Below are positions 53,572 to 63,479 of a stretch of 64,000 nucleotides of DNA, one piece after another. The notes below the pieces were generated by a model. The model made no database searches, was not told the DNA's origin, and saw nothing but the letters and a program-made list of their open reading frames with translations. The position numbers and the translations under genes were made by a program. Source of the stretch: Escherichia phage VEcB; the sequence record NC_052663.1, one strand, 5' to 3'. Each line of letters starts with the position of its first letter. Position 1 is the first letter of the stretch.

Positions 53572-53913
53572 ATGGAGCTAACAGAAGTATGGGATATCGC
53601 TAAAGAGGCGATTATCCCTCTTATTGGCGTAATCTGGGTGGTCTTCAAACAGAAGATAGATGATATGGCAAGTGATTTGGATAAAATGGAAGACAAATAC
53701 CGCGAACTAGAAAAGAAGTTGGTGTTTGTTGAATCCACTTATGCTACCAAAGCAGAACTTGCTCAAATGCTTAACCAGATCAACTCTACATTAATGGCAA
53801 ATAATACTGCCTTAGAACAGAAGATTGAAAAAATAATGGATTTAAAAAATGCTCCTGTTCAATTAATGCTAGAGGAGATTACAAAGCGCACACAAAGTAA
53901 GGACAAAAATTAA
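53572..53913 (+). CDS. hypothetical coiled-coil protein
   Basis: 113 aa ORF. Confidence 0.4.
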   Translation: MELTEVWDIAKEAIIPLIGVIWVVFKQKIDDMASDLDKMEDKYRELEKKLVFVESTYATKAELAQMLNQINSTLMANNTALEQKIEKIMDLKNAPVQLMLEEITKRTQSKDKN

Positions 53914-56327
53914 TGGCGAATTTTCCAACATATCCTGCTACGACACTAGAACAAGGTGTTGATCTGGTTATATTCTCGTCTAACCAGATGCATGATGTTA
54001 TTAATGGAGATGCTACAGCAACTGTAGAAACCGAAACAGGTTTAATACCTACACTGCGTAAAGCACTTGTTGATAACTTCTTCTTTAAGAGTCCTGTTGC
54101 TTGGTCAGCAGGATCAACTGAAACTGTATTTAACCAGTTACGTTATTTTGAAAACGGTATCTTGAGTGGGTACTATTATGCCCCATCTGCCACTACTGCG
54201 AACCCTGTACCTATGCAGGGCACACCTGTAGGAGACAGTAACTGGACTCTGTACGCTCTTAAAACTGAACAGTTAGCTTCAGATGTGTATCCTTGGTATT
54301 TTAAAGGTGCTACAGGATATGAAACAGAAATCAGTCCTCCTTATATCTTTGATAATGCTATTGTCACCATTAACGGTGTAATTCAGATTCAAGGTGAAGC
54401 ATTTACTATCAGAGATAGTAAAATTATTCTGGCAGAACCATTAGGTTTAGATCCGTCTACTGGTCTACCTAACAAATTGTTTGCTTTTATTGGTAAAACA
54501 ACAGCCTCTACTTCTTACGTAGAGAAAAACCTTTTGTCATCTACCACTGGTGCAGCAATGGTTGGTCTTCCATCTGGAGGCAACCTGTTACAAGCTCAAT
54601 ACTTTGTAACGCCTGAGCAGTTTGGTGCAATTGGTGATGGAGTTACCGATGATACTCAAGCAATTTTAAAAACTATTACTTTCGCTAACACGAATAACAT
54701 TCAAGTACGTGCAGATAAGAATTATAGATTCACAAGCTCAATTGCTATGTCTGGTATTCGTTGGTATGGTGGTACATTCACTGGTAACGGTGGAACAATG
54801 ATTTCTACTGTGTCCTGTTGGATGGAAAACGTTCGCTTTGAAAAATGTTATGTTAAGATGTTAGGTGGTGATTGCCGATTCTATCGTAATATCTTCTCCA
54901 ACGCAACATCTACAGCAGCATTCTTAATGCAAGCAATGACAAGTGAAGGTACGTTGGACTTCAGTTACAACGAAATGTATGGTTGTAAATATGCGATCCT
55001 GCAACAAGGTACTGGAGAAGTAATGACCTATGGGCGTTACTCTAACAACTATATTCACGATATCAAAGGTGATGCTATTGAACTTAACGTAGTTCAAAAA
55101 CACTACACTGAAGGTTTGATTATCGAGAATAACCACATTGCTAACGTAGATGCTTCTGGACAAGGGGCAAACTGGGGTATTGGTATTGGTGTAGCAGGTA
55201 GTGGCCCATATGGTGTTGATGTTCCTGATTCACAATATGTACGTAATTTCAGTATCGTTGGGAATAGGGTTTACAATTGCCGTCAATGTTTACACGTTGA
55301 AATGGGTAAAAACTTCACAATACGTGATAATGAAGTTTATCCTAACACAGCAGTTTCAACAGGTACAGGTTTAACTACTTGTGGTGTTGCATTATACGGA
55401 TGCCAAGATTTTGAAGTTGATGGTTTAACTGGTTATCTGCTCAATGATCCTTCTGTTTCAACACGTATGGTCTTTATTGACTGGGGTGTTAACAGTGGAA
55501 GATATGCGGGGCCACCAATTAACTTTACAATTAAGAATTTGGATATTCCAGAATCTTCAATTGAGATTGCAACATCTGGATCAGATGCCTGGGAAAACTC
55601 TACAATTGTTAGTAATATCAATTGTAATGTTTTTAAATGGCGTGGGCTACCATCTAGCTCTACCTTTAATAATATTCGTTGCCGTAGTATTGACTTTATT
55701 GGTCAACACGGAAGCGGAGAAGGAAGTGGTGGCGGTTTCTATACTCGCAGCCAATTCACGTATATGAAGTGGGTAGGATGTACAGCACTTAGCGGAGATG
55801 AAACAACAGTTTCTTTTGCTAAAATCTACACTGATCGTTGCGATCAGGTTGGAAATAACTTTGGTGTTCCAACTGCTGTTGATGGTACAGGTCATCGTGG
55901 GCCAGTTTTAACTACTATTTCTGAACAATATTTTACAACTTATGATGAATTCCCAGGTGGGCGTGAATTCCCTACTGGAACAGTTATTCATTGTGCAAGC
56001 GGTAAAAAACATGTTGTTACAGTAGGTGGTGCTTTCTTTAGTGCCAACGAGAAAATAAAAGCAACTGTTACAGGTCAAACCTATCTACAGTCTAATGCTT
56101 TAAACTGGGCTAGTAATGGCTACGCTAAAGCAGCAGGTACTAAAATTGTTATTCCAGGTGCAGGTGCAAATGGCGGCGATCTTGTGACAACTATAGCACG
56201 TGCTACATATGTGACAAATAGTTTGTACACAATAGATATTGCAGATCCAATTGTAACACCTACAGCAGAGAATACACAAATCAAAGCTCTGAACCCTGTT
56301 ACTTTTGTTACTGTCAATAATGCTTAA
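53913..56327 (+). CDS. tailspike-like protein with predicted beta-helix
   Basis: 804 aa; repetitive Gly/Asn-rich segments consistent with pectate-lyase-like fold. Confidence 0.45.
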   Translation: MANFPTYPATTLEQGVDLVIFSSNQMHDVINGDATATVETETGLIPTLRKALVDNFFFKSPVAWSAGSTETVFNQLRYFENGILSGYYYAPSATTANPVPMQGTPVGDSNWTLYALKTEQLASDVYPWYFKGATGYETEISPPYIFDNAIVTINGVIQIQGEAFTIRDSKIILAEPLGLDPSTGLPNKLFAFIGKTTASTSYVEKNLLSSTTGAAMVGLPSGGNLLQAQYFVTPEQFGAIGDGVTDDTQAILKTITFANTNNIQVRADKNYRFTSSIAMSGIRWYGGTFTGNGGTMISTVSCWMENVRFEKCYVKMLGGDCRFYRNIFSNATSTAAFLMQAMTSEGTLDFSYNEMYGCKYAILQQGTGEVMTYGRYSNNYIHDIKGDAIELNVVQKHYTEGLIIENNHIANVDASGQGANWGIGIGVAGSGPYGVDVPDSQYVRNFSIVGNRVYNCRQCLHVEMGKNFTIRDNEVYPNTAVSTGTGLTTCGVALYGCQDFEVDGLTGYLLNDPSVSTRMVFIDWGVNSGRYAGPPINFTIKNLDIPESSIEIATSGSDAWENSTIVSNINCNVFKWRGLPSSSTFNNIRCRSIDFIGQHGSGEGSGGGFYTRSQFTYMKWVGCTALSGDETTVSFAKIYTDRCDQVGNNFGVPTAVDGTGHRGPVLTTISEQYFTTYDEFPGGREFPTGTVIHCASGKKHVVTVGGAFFSANEKIKATVTGQTYLQSNALNWASNGYAKAAGTKIVIPGAGANGGDLVTTIARATYVTNSLYTIDIADPIVTPTAENTQIKALNPVTFVTVNNA

Positions 56328-56332
56328 TTAAA

Positions 56333-56352
56333 AAGGGGCGAAAGCCCCTTTA
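56333..56352 (+). terminator. rho-independent terminator
   Basis: GGGGC-GAAA-GCCCC followed by TTTAT. Confidence 0.55.
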
Positions 56353-56368
56353 TAAAAGGAGTAGTAAA

Positions 56369-58330
56369 GTGATTTTAACACGTCCAAATAGTGCCATTGC
56401 AGACATGGTAGAGTCTCGCTATAGAAAGCGTAGAAGTTTTGCAAGTGGTTTTACCTTAAGAGATGCTCGTGAAGCATTGCTCTTTGAAACTGACGGTAAC
56501 TACTATCAGTGGAAAGGTTCTCTACCTAAAGTTGTACCTGCTAACTCTACTCCTACATCTACTGGAGGGATTTCAGATACAGCTTGGAAAAATGTGGGTA
56601 ATGCAGATGACATTGCTCAAATAGAATCAGAATTAGATGCTATTGAAGCTGAAATTGAAGATCTTAGAGAATCCATTCCAGAAGCTGGTAAATCAGCTTA
56701 CCAGATTGCCGTAGACAATGGTTTCCAAGGTGCTGAGACAGACTGGTTGGCTTCTTTAAAAGGTGATCCAGGTGCTCCATTAAAGCTGCTAGGGACGCTA
56801 TCTAATACCAACCAATTACCTACAACCGGAAACAATGCAGGAGATGCATGGATTGTAGGAGAAAATATGTATGCTTGGGATGGTACTGCTTGGAGAAAAG
56901 TAAACTCACAGGGGCCAGAAGGTAAATCAGCTTATCAAGTTTGGCTTGCAGCAGGAAACCAAGGTACAGAACTAGATTATCTTGCTTCAATTAAAGGTGA
57001 TAAAGGGGAACCTGGCCCAGAGGGGCCACAAGGTGTACCAGGTAACAATGCTAATGGTTTTGATTACCAAGGTGCAGCTAATTCCGTTTCAGATCTTCCT
57101 TCTGCATCTCCTGGAAACACATCTCAAGCATGGAGTATTGGTACATATCTATACGTGTCAAACGGTGTAGAATGGATCAATATGGGCGCTATAGTGGGGC
57201 CAAAAGGAGATAAAGGCGACAAAGGAGATAAGGGTAACACTGGTGATTCAGCTTATCAAGTCTGGTTAAACGCTGGTAACGTTGGTACTATTGACGAATA
57301 TATTGCCTCTCTGAAAGGAGAAAAAGGTGATAAGGGAGACAAGGGTGATCAAGGTGAGCAGGGTATACAAGGCTTGACGGGGCCAACTGGTGCAGGGTTG
57401 ACCATTATTGATATTCTGACTGACACTTCTGAACTACCACAAACTGGAGAAGATGGTGATGGTTATCTGATCAATAATGAACTTTGGGTTTGGTTGCAAG
57501 GAGCCACACAGTGGACAAATGTTGGTCGTTTAGCTGGTACTCCAATCACTGCAAAAGGACACGTTGCGTCTGCAAGTGCACTTCCTCCTACATCCAATTA
57601 CGGTGATGCTTATCTAACGGAAGACACAGGTCATCTTTACATTTACACCTATGATGAACAAACTCAAACTGCTGAATATGTAGATATGGGTAGTTTGAAA
57701 GGTGATAAGGGTGAGAAAGGTGACGCTGGTACTAACGGTACGGATGGTGCAACTTGGATTGTTAAAACAACAGATCCAATCTCTAGTGATGGTAAACAAG
57801 GTGATTATGCCTTTAATATCTCCACTGGCGAGGTGTTCTTAAAAACATCTGCAACTGTCTGGACTTCTCAAGGTACACTACCTAGCATCACAGATGCACC
57901 TAGTGACGGTAAGATCTATGCTCGTAAAGATGGAGCATGGGAAGAACTAACTAGTTCTGTAGATGGTCAAGATATAGTTCCAACAAAAGTAACAGCTAAT
58001 TTTATAGAGGTTACAGCATACACCAACAACTCTGTTATAGGTGACTGGACACCTCCAGGAACACATAACATGAATGTGTTGAATCTTACTGGTAACGCTA
58101 CTATAAAAGCATGGCCTGGTGTCGAAGATAGCACAAAACCTAAACCATTCTCTGCAATAGTTTATCTTATCCAAGATGCCACTGGAGGTCGTACTGTTAC
58201 TTTAGATCCATCTTACAAAGTAATTGGTTCTAGTGATATTAATACAGATCCTAACGGAGTAACAATACTACAACTAACATATTGTGGTGTTGGCAATTAC
58301 GTGGATGCTATTGTTGCTAAACGCACATAA
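56369..58330 (+). CDS. tail fibre protein with collagen-like Gly-X-Y repeats
   Basis: 653 aa; repeats KGDKGEPGPEGPQGVPG and GDKGDKGDKGNTGD; GTG start with AAGGAG RBS. Confidence 0.55.
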   Translation: MILTRPNSAIADMVESRYRKRRSFASGFTLRDAREALLFETDGNYYQWKGSLPKVVPANSTPTSTGGISDTAWKNVGNADDIAQIESELDAIEAEIEDLRESIPEAGKSAYQIAVDNGFQGAETDWLASLKGDPGAPLKLLGTLSNTNQLPTTGNNAGDAWIVGENMYAWDGTAWRKVNSQGPEGKSAYQVWLAAGNQGTELDYLASIKGDKGEPGPEGPQGVPGNNANGFDYQGAANSVSDLPSASPGNTSQAWSIGTYLYVSNGVEWINMGAIVGPKGDKGDKGDKGNTGDSAYQVWLNAGNVGTIDEYIASLKGEKGDKGDKGDQGEQGIQGLTGPTGAGLTIIDILTDTSELPQTGEDGDGYLINNELWVWLQGATQWTNVGRLAGTPITAKGHVASASALPPTSNYGDAYLTEDTGHLYIYTYDEQTQTAEYVDMGSLKGDKGEKGDAGTNGTDGATWIVKTTDPISSDGKQGDYAFNISTGEVFLKTSATVWTSQGTLPSITDAPSDGKIYARKDGAWEELTSSVDGQDIVPTKVTANFIEVTAYTNNSVIGDWTPPGTHNMNVLNLTGNATIKAWPGVEDSTKPKPFSAIVYLIQDATGGRTVTLDPSYKVIGSSDINTDPNGVTILQLTYCGVGNYVDAIVAKRT

Positions 58331-58333
58331 TCA

Positions 58334-58358
58334 AAGCCCCTTCGGGGGCTTATTATTT
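58334..58358 (+). terminator. rho-independent terminator
   Basis: AGCCCC-TTCG-GGGGCT followed by TATTATTT. Confidence 0.55.
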
Positions 58359-58369
58359 AAGGAGATTAA

Positions 58370-60256
58370 ATGTATCCTATTCCTTTATTTATGTCAACAA
58401 CATCAGCTTCAGTAGTAACAGCTACATCTATAACCACTTCCTCTATTGGTATTGCAATAGTTGGTAGTAAAAAGCAACTGACATACACAGTTTCACCGGA
58501 AGATGGTGCGTTATTTGATATAGCTTTTTCATCTTCAGATAATACCAAAATGGTTATAGATAATAGTGGTATGATGGAGTTTGTTGCCGAAGGTGGTTTT
58601 GATGCAATAATGACAGCTAAAAATAATTTAGGTGCTGTCTTAACTGATCAATCTGGTGGTTATGCTTCAGAATTAAGCGTGTACACTGAAAGTCTATCCG
58701 CTATGGATGTAGGCACTACTCAACAGTTGGTTGCTACAATCAGTCCAGAAGGTGCTAAAGACCTTCCAGATATGGTAATTACATACACCACAACAGATCC
58801 AGAAGTAGCTACTGTAAGCCCTACAGGATTAATAACTGCTCTTAAAGATGGCAATTGCCGTATAGGTTGTACTGCAACGTATCAAGGAACAGTTGTGGCC
58901 TCTGATAGTTCTTATTTAGGTGTTAATGCTATTCCTGTTATTTCTAATGTAACAGCCGTGGCAAACAGTTATGGAGACGTTCGTGTTGCTTGGGATGTAA
59001 CTGATCCACTAGACGGTGATACTTATACTGTAGAAGTATTAGATTTAAGTGATAATAGTGTTCAGTGGACTACAACAACCACGAATACTTACGCTTACTT
59101 TGATATCTCTGACTCTATTCCTCTTTATGGGTTTGCTCCAACATACCTTAAAATTAGCGTTAAGAGCACCAAAGCAGCAGCCGTTATCTTTAATAACTCA
59201 ATAGCTACAGATGATTCGTTCATTAAAGAAGTTATTGTCTTTGCTGGACAAGATAACGTAAATGCACACTTTACAGAATTATCTGGTGCAAATAAAGCAG
59301 TAATGAGTAGCACAACAACCCGTAATGCATATGCTACGCAACGTGGTTTAGCAAATGCTGAAGTTCTTCCGTTAAATACAGCTTCTGGATCATCAGCAGC
59401 AGATAAATATGCTGACGATAAAGCTGGAACAGGTACACCAGACAACTACTGGTATGATCTGGATAACACAGCAGATGGGCCATGCTTAACTAACTTTATC
59501 ACTAAAGTCACACCTTATGCAAGTAAGGTTAAAGCAATTATTTGGGGACAAGGTGAAAATGATGCTGTATCAGCATCTTCGACTGTTGCAGGTAGGTACA
59601 GTAACACTACACGTTACCATGATGCTACGATAGCTATCTTTGATAAGATGCGTACAATAGTTCCTGCTTCTCAAGCAAAAATTGTTTGGCAGATCCTAGG
59701 ACGTTCTTATTTATATGGTGTAGAAGTTAATGGTGTGGATTGGCAGAAGTACAGAAATGTACAAAGAACCATCTCTACAGCACGTGATGATGTTATCATT
59801 GGTTCTTGGGTAGATGGTGCTGAACGTTACAGTGGTTATGTTTATGAAGAAGGTATTGATGGTCGTATCCATTATATTTCTTCTGTATATCAAACAGCAG
59901 CTACAAAACTTGCTAAATCAGCAGCAGACGGTACAGATTTAACATCAACACCACCTGTTTGGGTTGATATGTCTGTTCCAACAGGAGGAGCCGCTGTAAG
60001 ACAAGCTAACCAAGATGCAATTATTTCTTGGGAACCAGCAGGATATACCAAACATTACTTCCGAAATGTAAACGTCCTCACAGCAGCAATTCTTACAGAA
60101 CAAACTCTTGATACTAACACTTACACATTTACTTATGCAGATCAGGTTGAACAATACGGGTTTGCAGCAGGTACAGCAGTGTTTGATGTTGCACACTATG
60201 ATGCTGATAATGACGTGTTATCACCTCTTGTCAGATTTACAGTCAATGTTACATAA
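58370..60256 (+). CDS. tail protein with Ig-like domains and C-terminal SGNH/SASA-like carbohydrate esterase domain
   Basis: 628 aa; VIVFAGQDNVNAH (GQSN-like) and AIIWGQGENDA (QGES-D-like) motifs. Confidence 0.5.
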   Translation: MYPIPLFMSTTSASVVTATSITTSSIGIAIVGSKKQLTYTVSPEDGALFDIAFSSSDNTKMVIDNSGMMEFVAEGGFDAIMTAKNNLGAVLTDQSGGYASELSVYTESLSAMDVGTTQQLVATISPEGAKDLPDMVITYTTTDPEVATVSPTGLITALKDGNCRIGCTATYQGTVVASDSSYLGVNAIPVISNVTAVANSYGDVRVAWDVTDPLDGDTYTVEVLDLSDNSVQWTTTTTNTYAYFDISDSIPLYGFAPTYLKISVKSTKAAAVIFNNSIATDDSFIKEVIVFAGQDNVNAHFTELSGANKAVMSSTTTRNAYATQRGLANAEVLPLNTASGSSAADKYADDKAGTGTPDNYWYDLDNTADGPCLTNFITKVTPYASKVKAIIWGQGENDAVSASSTVAGRYSNTTRYHDATIAIFDKMRTIVPASQAKIVWQILGRSYLYGVEVNGVDWQKYRNVQRTISTARDDVIIGSWVDGAERYSGYVYEEGIDGRIHYISSVYQTAATKLAKSAADGTDLTSTPPVWVDMSVPTGGAAVRQANQDAIISWEPAGYTKHYFRNVNVLTAAILTEQTLDTNTYTFTYADQVEQYGFAAGTAVFDVAHYDADNDVLSPLVRFTVNVT

Positions 60257-60290
60257 ACAAAAAGGAGCCAATAGGCTCCTTTTCTTTTAT
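60257..60290. terminator. bidirectional terminator between convergent genes
   Basis: AAAAA-GGAGCC-AATA-GGCTCC-TTTTCTTTT. Confidence 0.65.
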
Positions 60291-60291
60291 C

Positions 60292-60723
60292 TTAATCAGT
60301 GAAAATTACGCTCACATCTTCTTTAGAGAAGAGTTTATGATCTTCACCTTTTGTCTCAAGAGTTTCATACAGGTTAAGAAGTTCTGAAACATCTTTCTCT
60401 ACTAGTTTCTTCAATGTTGCAATTTTCTGTTTGCGATTTTTAATACGTTCAGCTACAACCTTACGTTGGTATCCGGCAGTACGATAACCTGAGAAAGTTA
60501 CACCAGTGAGACTTGCAGTTACAGGATCGTAATGACGTTCAATCTGAAATTTATTAAAAGGTACAGCGTCATCACGAATAATCTTACCGCCATTACTTAC
60601 TTGACGAAGACCAGTAACTTGTTCTAGTCGTGCCATAGAAATCTTTGGAGACAGACCAGAGTCCAGGTTCATACCGTTGTTAATCAGTGCTTTCAGGGTG
60701 ATTTTGCTGTTCAGTGTACTCAT
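60292..60723 (-). CDS. hypothetical protein
   Basis: 143 aa; GGAGGA RBS. Confidence 0.45.
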   Translation of the reverse strand: MSTLNSKITLKALINNGMNLDSGLSPKISMARLEQVTGLRQVSNGGKIIRDDAVPFNKFQIERHYDPVTASLTGVTFSGYRTAGYQRKVVAERIKNRKQKIATLKKLVEKDVSELLNLYETLETKGEDHKLFSKEDVSVIFTD

Positions 60724-61411
60724 TTAGTCGTTCCTCCGCTTGCTTAAAAATATTTACATCGGCTTCACAGCCTAAGTATTCTCTACCTGTTAAAAGTGCC
60801 GCAACTTGTGTTGTTGCACTCCCAGAGAAGAAGTCTAAGACTACATCTCCTTCGTTGGTGTGTATATTAATAAGGTCACAAAACAAAGTCAAGTGTTTTT
60901 GTGTTGGATGAAAACGATCTGCTCCTTGATAGATAGGATACTCAAACACACCCTTATGGTAGGAAGCATTGAAGGTTGGCTTCGAACCTTTAACACAAAC
61001 AATAGCCATCTCTTTAGCGTTACTAAGATAGTTAACACCACTGTTGATGGGTACAGGGTTTGTTTTAATCCATTCGATAGTACGGAACATACGAAAACCA
61101 AGCGGTTCAAGGATTTCACGTAGCTCCTGGATCTTCCAGATATCATACCAAACTATGCAAGTACCACCTTTTCTAAGCACCCTGTAGGCTTCTTTGAATA
61201 CTTCTTTAAAGTAAGGAATATCTACAACATCCCAATCACCAAAGTTGTAAGATACACGGAATCTATCCGTATCTTTTCCAGTAGGCTCTCCAGATTGAAA
61301 ATTTGTGTCACGAGAAATAGCATATGGTGGGTCAGTAAGAATCAAATCTACACTATTGCTTTCGAGGGTTTGCAGGTAGTTTAATGCGGTGTTGTTTACA
61401 AATTCGCTCAT
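60680..61411 (-). CDS. DNA methyltransferase (amino-MTase, N6-adenine or N4-cytosine)
   Basis: 243 aa; catalytic DPPY motif near N-terminus and AdoMet-binding FFSGSATT near C-terminus. Confidence 0.75.
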   Translation of the reverse strand: MSEFVNNTALNYLQTLESNSVDLILTDPPYAISRDTNFQSGEPTGKDTDRFRVSYNFGDWDVVDIPYFKEVFKEAYRVLRKGGTCIVWYDIWKIQELREILEPLGFRMFRTIEWIKTNPVPINSGVNYLSNAKEMAIVCVKGSKPTFNASYHKGVFEYPIYQGADRFHPTQKHLTLFCDLINIHTNEGDVVLDFFSGSATTQVAALLTGREYLGCEADVNIFKQAEERLNEYTEQQNHPESTD

Positions 61412-61420
61412 TATATCTCC

Positions 61421-61448
61421 TTCAAAGAAAAGGAGCCGTTAGGCTCCT
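61421..61448 (-). terminator. terminator hairpin upstream of methyltransferase RBS
   Basis: GGAGCC-GTTA-GGCTCC followed on minus strand by TTTTCTTT; same stem as terminator at 60264-60279. Confidence 0.55.
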
Positions 61449-61471
61449 TATATTCACACAATATTTAACTA

Positions 61472-62419
61472 TTAGAAACAGTGCAGGAAGTTTCGACCAT
61501 ACTGCAAACCAATAGGAGCAAATGGGATATCATCATCGAAATCTTGAACAACAGGTTCTGGTTCTTTCGGTGCTGGCTCTTTCTTCTCTACTTTTTTAGT
61601 TTCTTTCTTAACTTCTTGTACTGGGGTAGACATTCCACGGATAGCAGCAGCTACTTTATCAGACAAAGCAAGAACTTCACGAGCAGCTTCAATAATCTCT
61701 TCTGCCGTTACAGTTTTACCTGTATGATCACGACAAGCGTTAAGAATTGCGTGTCCAACTGAAGCACCAAGATCATAGTCAGTCACATCAACGCCACGAT
61801 CTTTAGCAATTTCTGCTTTCAGAGTAACAGTTGCAGATTGTACCACACCAGCCAAGTCGAAAGCATCACCTTTCACACCAGCACGTAGAAGCTCCAGAGC
61901 GCCATTTACAGCGTGTCCTGTTTCAATCCCTACAGTATCACGTTTTTTGTAGTTAGGTTTGCTACCTTCGTTATTAGATGGCTTATTTCCACCTTTTGAA
62001 GAAGATTGTGCTTGCTGAACACCTTCTGTTGAAAGAACAGTGATTTTACCTTTAGAGGAGTTGTAGTATGTTTTGCCATTCCATTCGGAAGGTTTAACAT
62101 CCATAGTTACTTCTACACCTTTTTCGATAGTAATCCACTTATCACCATCTTTAACTTGCAGGTTTTCATGTTCTGGGTGCAGTTTAACTTCACCTAGGCT
62201 AACCCAAACACCTTTATCATCAGCACCAGCACCTTTCTCTTTAATAAGCAGAGATGCTTTGTGAGTTGATTCAATTTTCTTATCTGGCTGACCTGCAACC
62301 TTAATATAAGAGACTTTCATTTCATCAAACTTATCCAGTTTGACATATTCAACGATACCTTCAGCCCAGAATGCTTCTTTTTTAGTACGACGGTCGATTT
62401 CAGAATTAATTACTGGCAT
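61472..62419 (-). CDS. putative ssDNA-binding protein with SSB-like acidic DFDDDIPF motif
   Basis: 315 aa; DFDDDIPF located 15 residues before the C-terminus. Confidence 0.4.
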   Translation of the reverse strand: MPVINSEIDRRTKKEAFWAEGIVEYVKLDKFDEMKVSYIKVAGQPDKKIESTHKASLLIKEKGAGADDKGVWVSLGEVKLHPEHENLQVKDGDKWITIEKGVEVTMDVKPSEWNGKTYYNSSKGKITVLSTEGVQQAQSSSKGGNKPSNNEGSKPNYKKRDTVGIETGHAVNGALELLRAGVKGDAFDLAGVVQSATVTLKAEIAKDRGVDVTDYDLGASVGHAILNACRDHTGKTVTAEEIIEAAREVLALSDKVAAAIRGMSTPVQEVKKETKKVEKKEPAPKEPEPVVQDFDDDIPFAPIGLQYGRNFLHCF

Positions 62420-62435
62420 AAATTCTCCTCTATAA

Positions 62436-62834
62436 TTACATTACTTTAACACAAAACTCTCGTAAAAGAGTAGCGTCAGTTTCTTCCAACAGGTATTTAC
62501 CAAGACCAATACCAAATCCTATTTCACCACTTTCGAAATGGAGGATTTGTATCTTTTCTCCACCAAGGTTAATTACTTTTGCTTTTCCAGGATTATCCAA
62601 AACATCTCGTATTGTATCCTGTAGTAACATAAGTTCACGTTTTGTGATAGTGGTTTCAGATATCTCTTTGTTTTCTACTCTCACTGTTAAACGATTGTAT
62701 CCACCAAAGAGACATAGTATTTGAATAAAAAAGGTATTATCTTGAGGTTCAACATCTTTTTTAGTTAGCTCAAGACGATTAGTTTCTCTACTATAGAACG
62801 TCTCGACTAAGATTTTAGAACGATTATCTGTCAT
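62436..62834 (-). CDS. hypothetical protein
   Basis: 132 aa; GAGGA RBS. Confidence 0.4.
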   Translation of the reverse strand: MTDNRSKILVETFYSRETNRLELTKKDVEPQDNTFFIQILCLFGGYNRLTVRVENKEISETTITKRELMLLQDTIRDVLDNPGKAKVINLGGEKIQILHFESGEIGFGIGLGKYLLEETDATLLREFCVKVM

Positions 62835-62877
62835 TCAAGTCCTCATAATAACACATAATTATAATGTTTGTCAACAC

Positions 62878-63471
62878 TTAAATTTTAAATTCTTCGTTGT
62901 TAAATGAATCCAGTGTACGTACTTCTGGTTCTTTGGGAATGAAAACGTCTTTTACAAAGCGGAACATAGGGAAACGTTCTGCCATTTTACGGACGTGTGC
63001 TTCTTTACCTGTGTATCGGTGATTAATAGTACAAATATTAGTTTTCAGTGCAAATTCAAAATCTGGATGATATACATAATTTTGACCATCCCAGTAACAC
63101 AAGCAAATAGCTACATCAAAGTTCCATACGATTTCACTGCGTACACCTTCTTCCATGATCATAAAGTTAAACTTAAGATCTTTATAGTATGCTTCAAATA
63201 CCCATTTCAAATGTGGTAGTTCGGCATAAGTGTGTTCTGTTTGCTTAGTAATTTGTTTAACATTACGTGCACCAACACCCAACATCAAAAATTTCTCTAC
63301 TAATACAAGTGTATTGTGGTTAGGCATACGCAAGTAAATGTCAATATCTTGCGCAGGTTTCTCTAATCGCCAGTCACGTACAGCGCCGCCAGCTACAATT
63401 GCAAACGGATCTACCAGTTGGCACATACGTAATACTTCTAAAGCTCGTACTTTTTGATCTTCAATATTCAT
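62878..63471 (-). CDS. minimal nucleotidyltransferase with CCA-adding-enzyme head-domain signature
   Basis: GGAVRDWRLEKPAQDIDIY matches GGxVRD...DxD; ATG at 63471 with AGGAG RBS preferred over GTG 63492. Confidence 0.5.
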   Translation of the reverse strand: MNIEDQKVRALEVLRMCQLVDPFAIVAGGAVRDWRLEKPAQDIDIYLRMPNHNTLVLVEKFLMLGVGARNVKQITKQTEHTYAELPHLKWVFEAYYKDLKFNFMIMEEGVRSEIVWNFDVAICLCYWDGQNYVYHPDFEFALKTNICTINHRYTGKEAHVRKMAERFPMFRFVKDVFIPKEPEVRTLDSFNNEEFKI

Positions 63472-63479
63472 ATTTTCTC

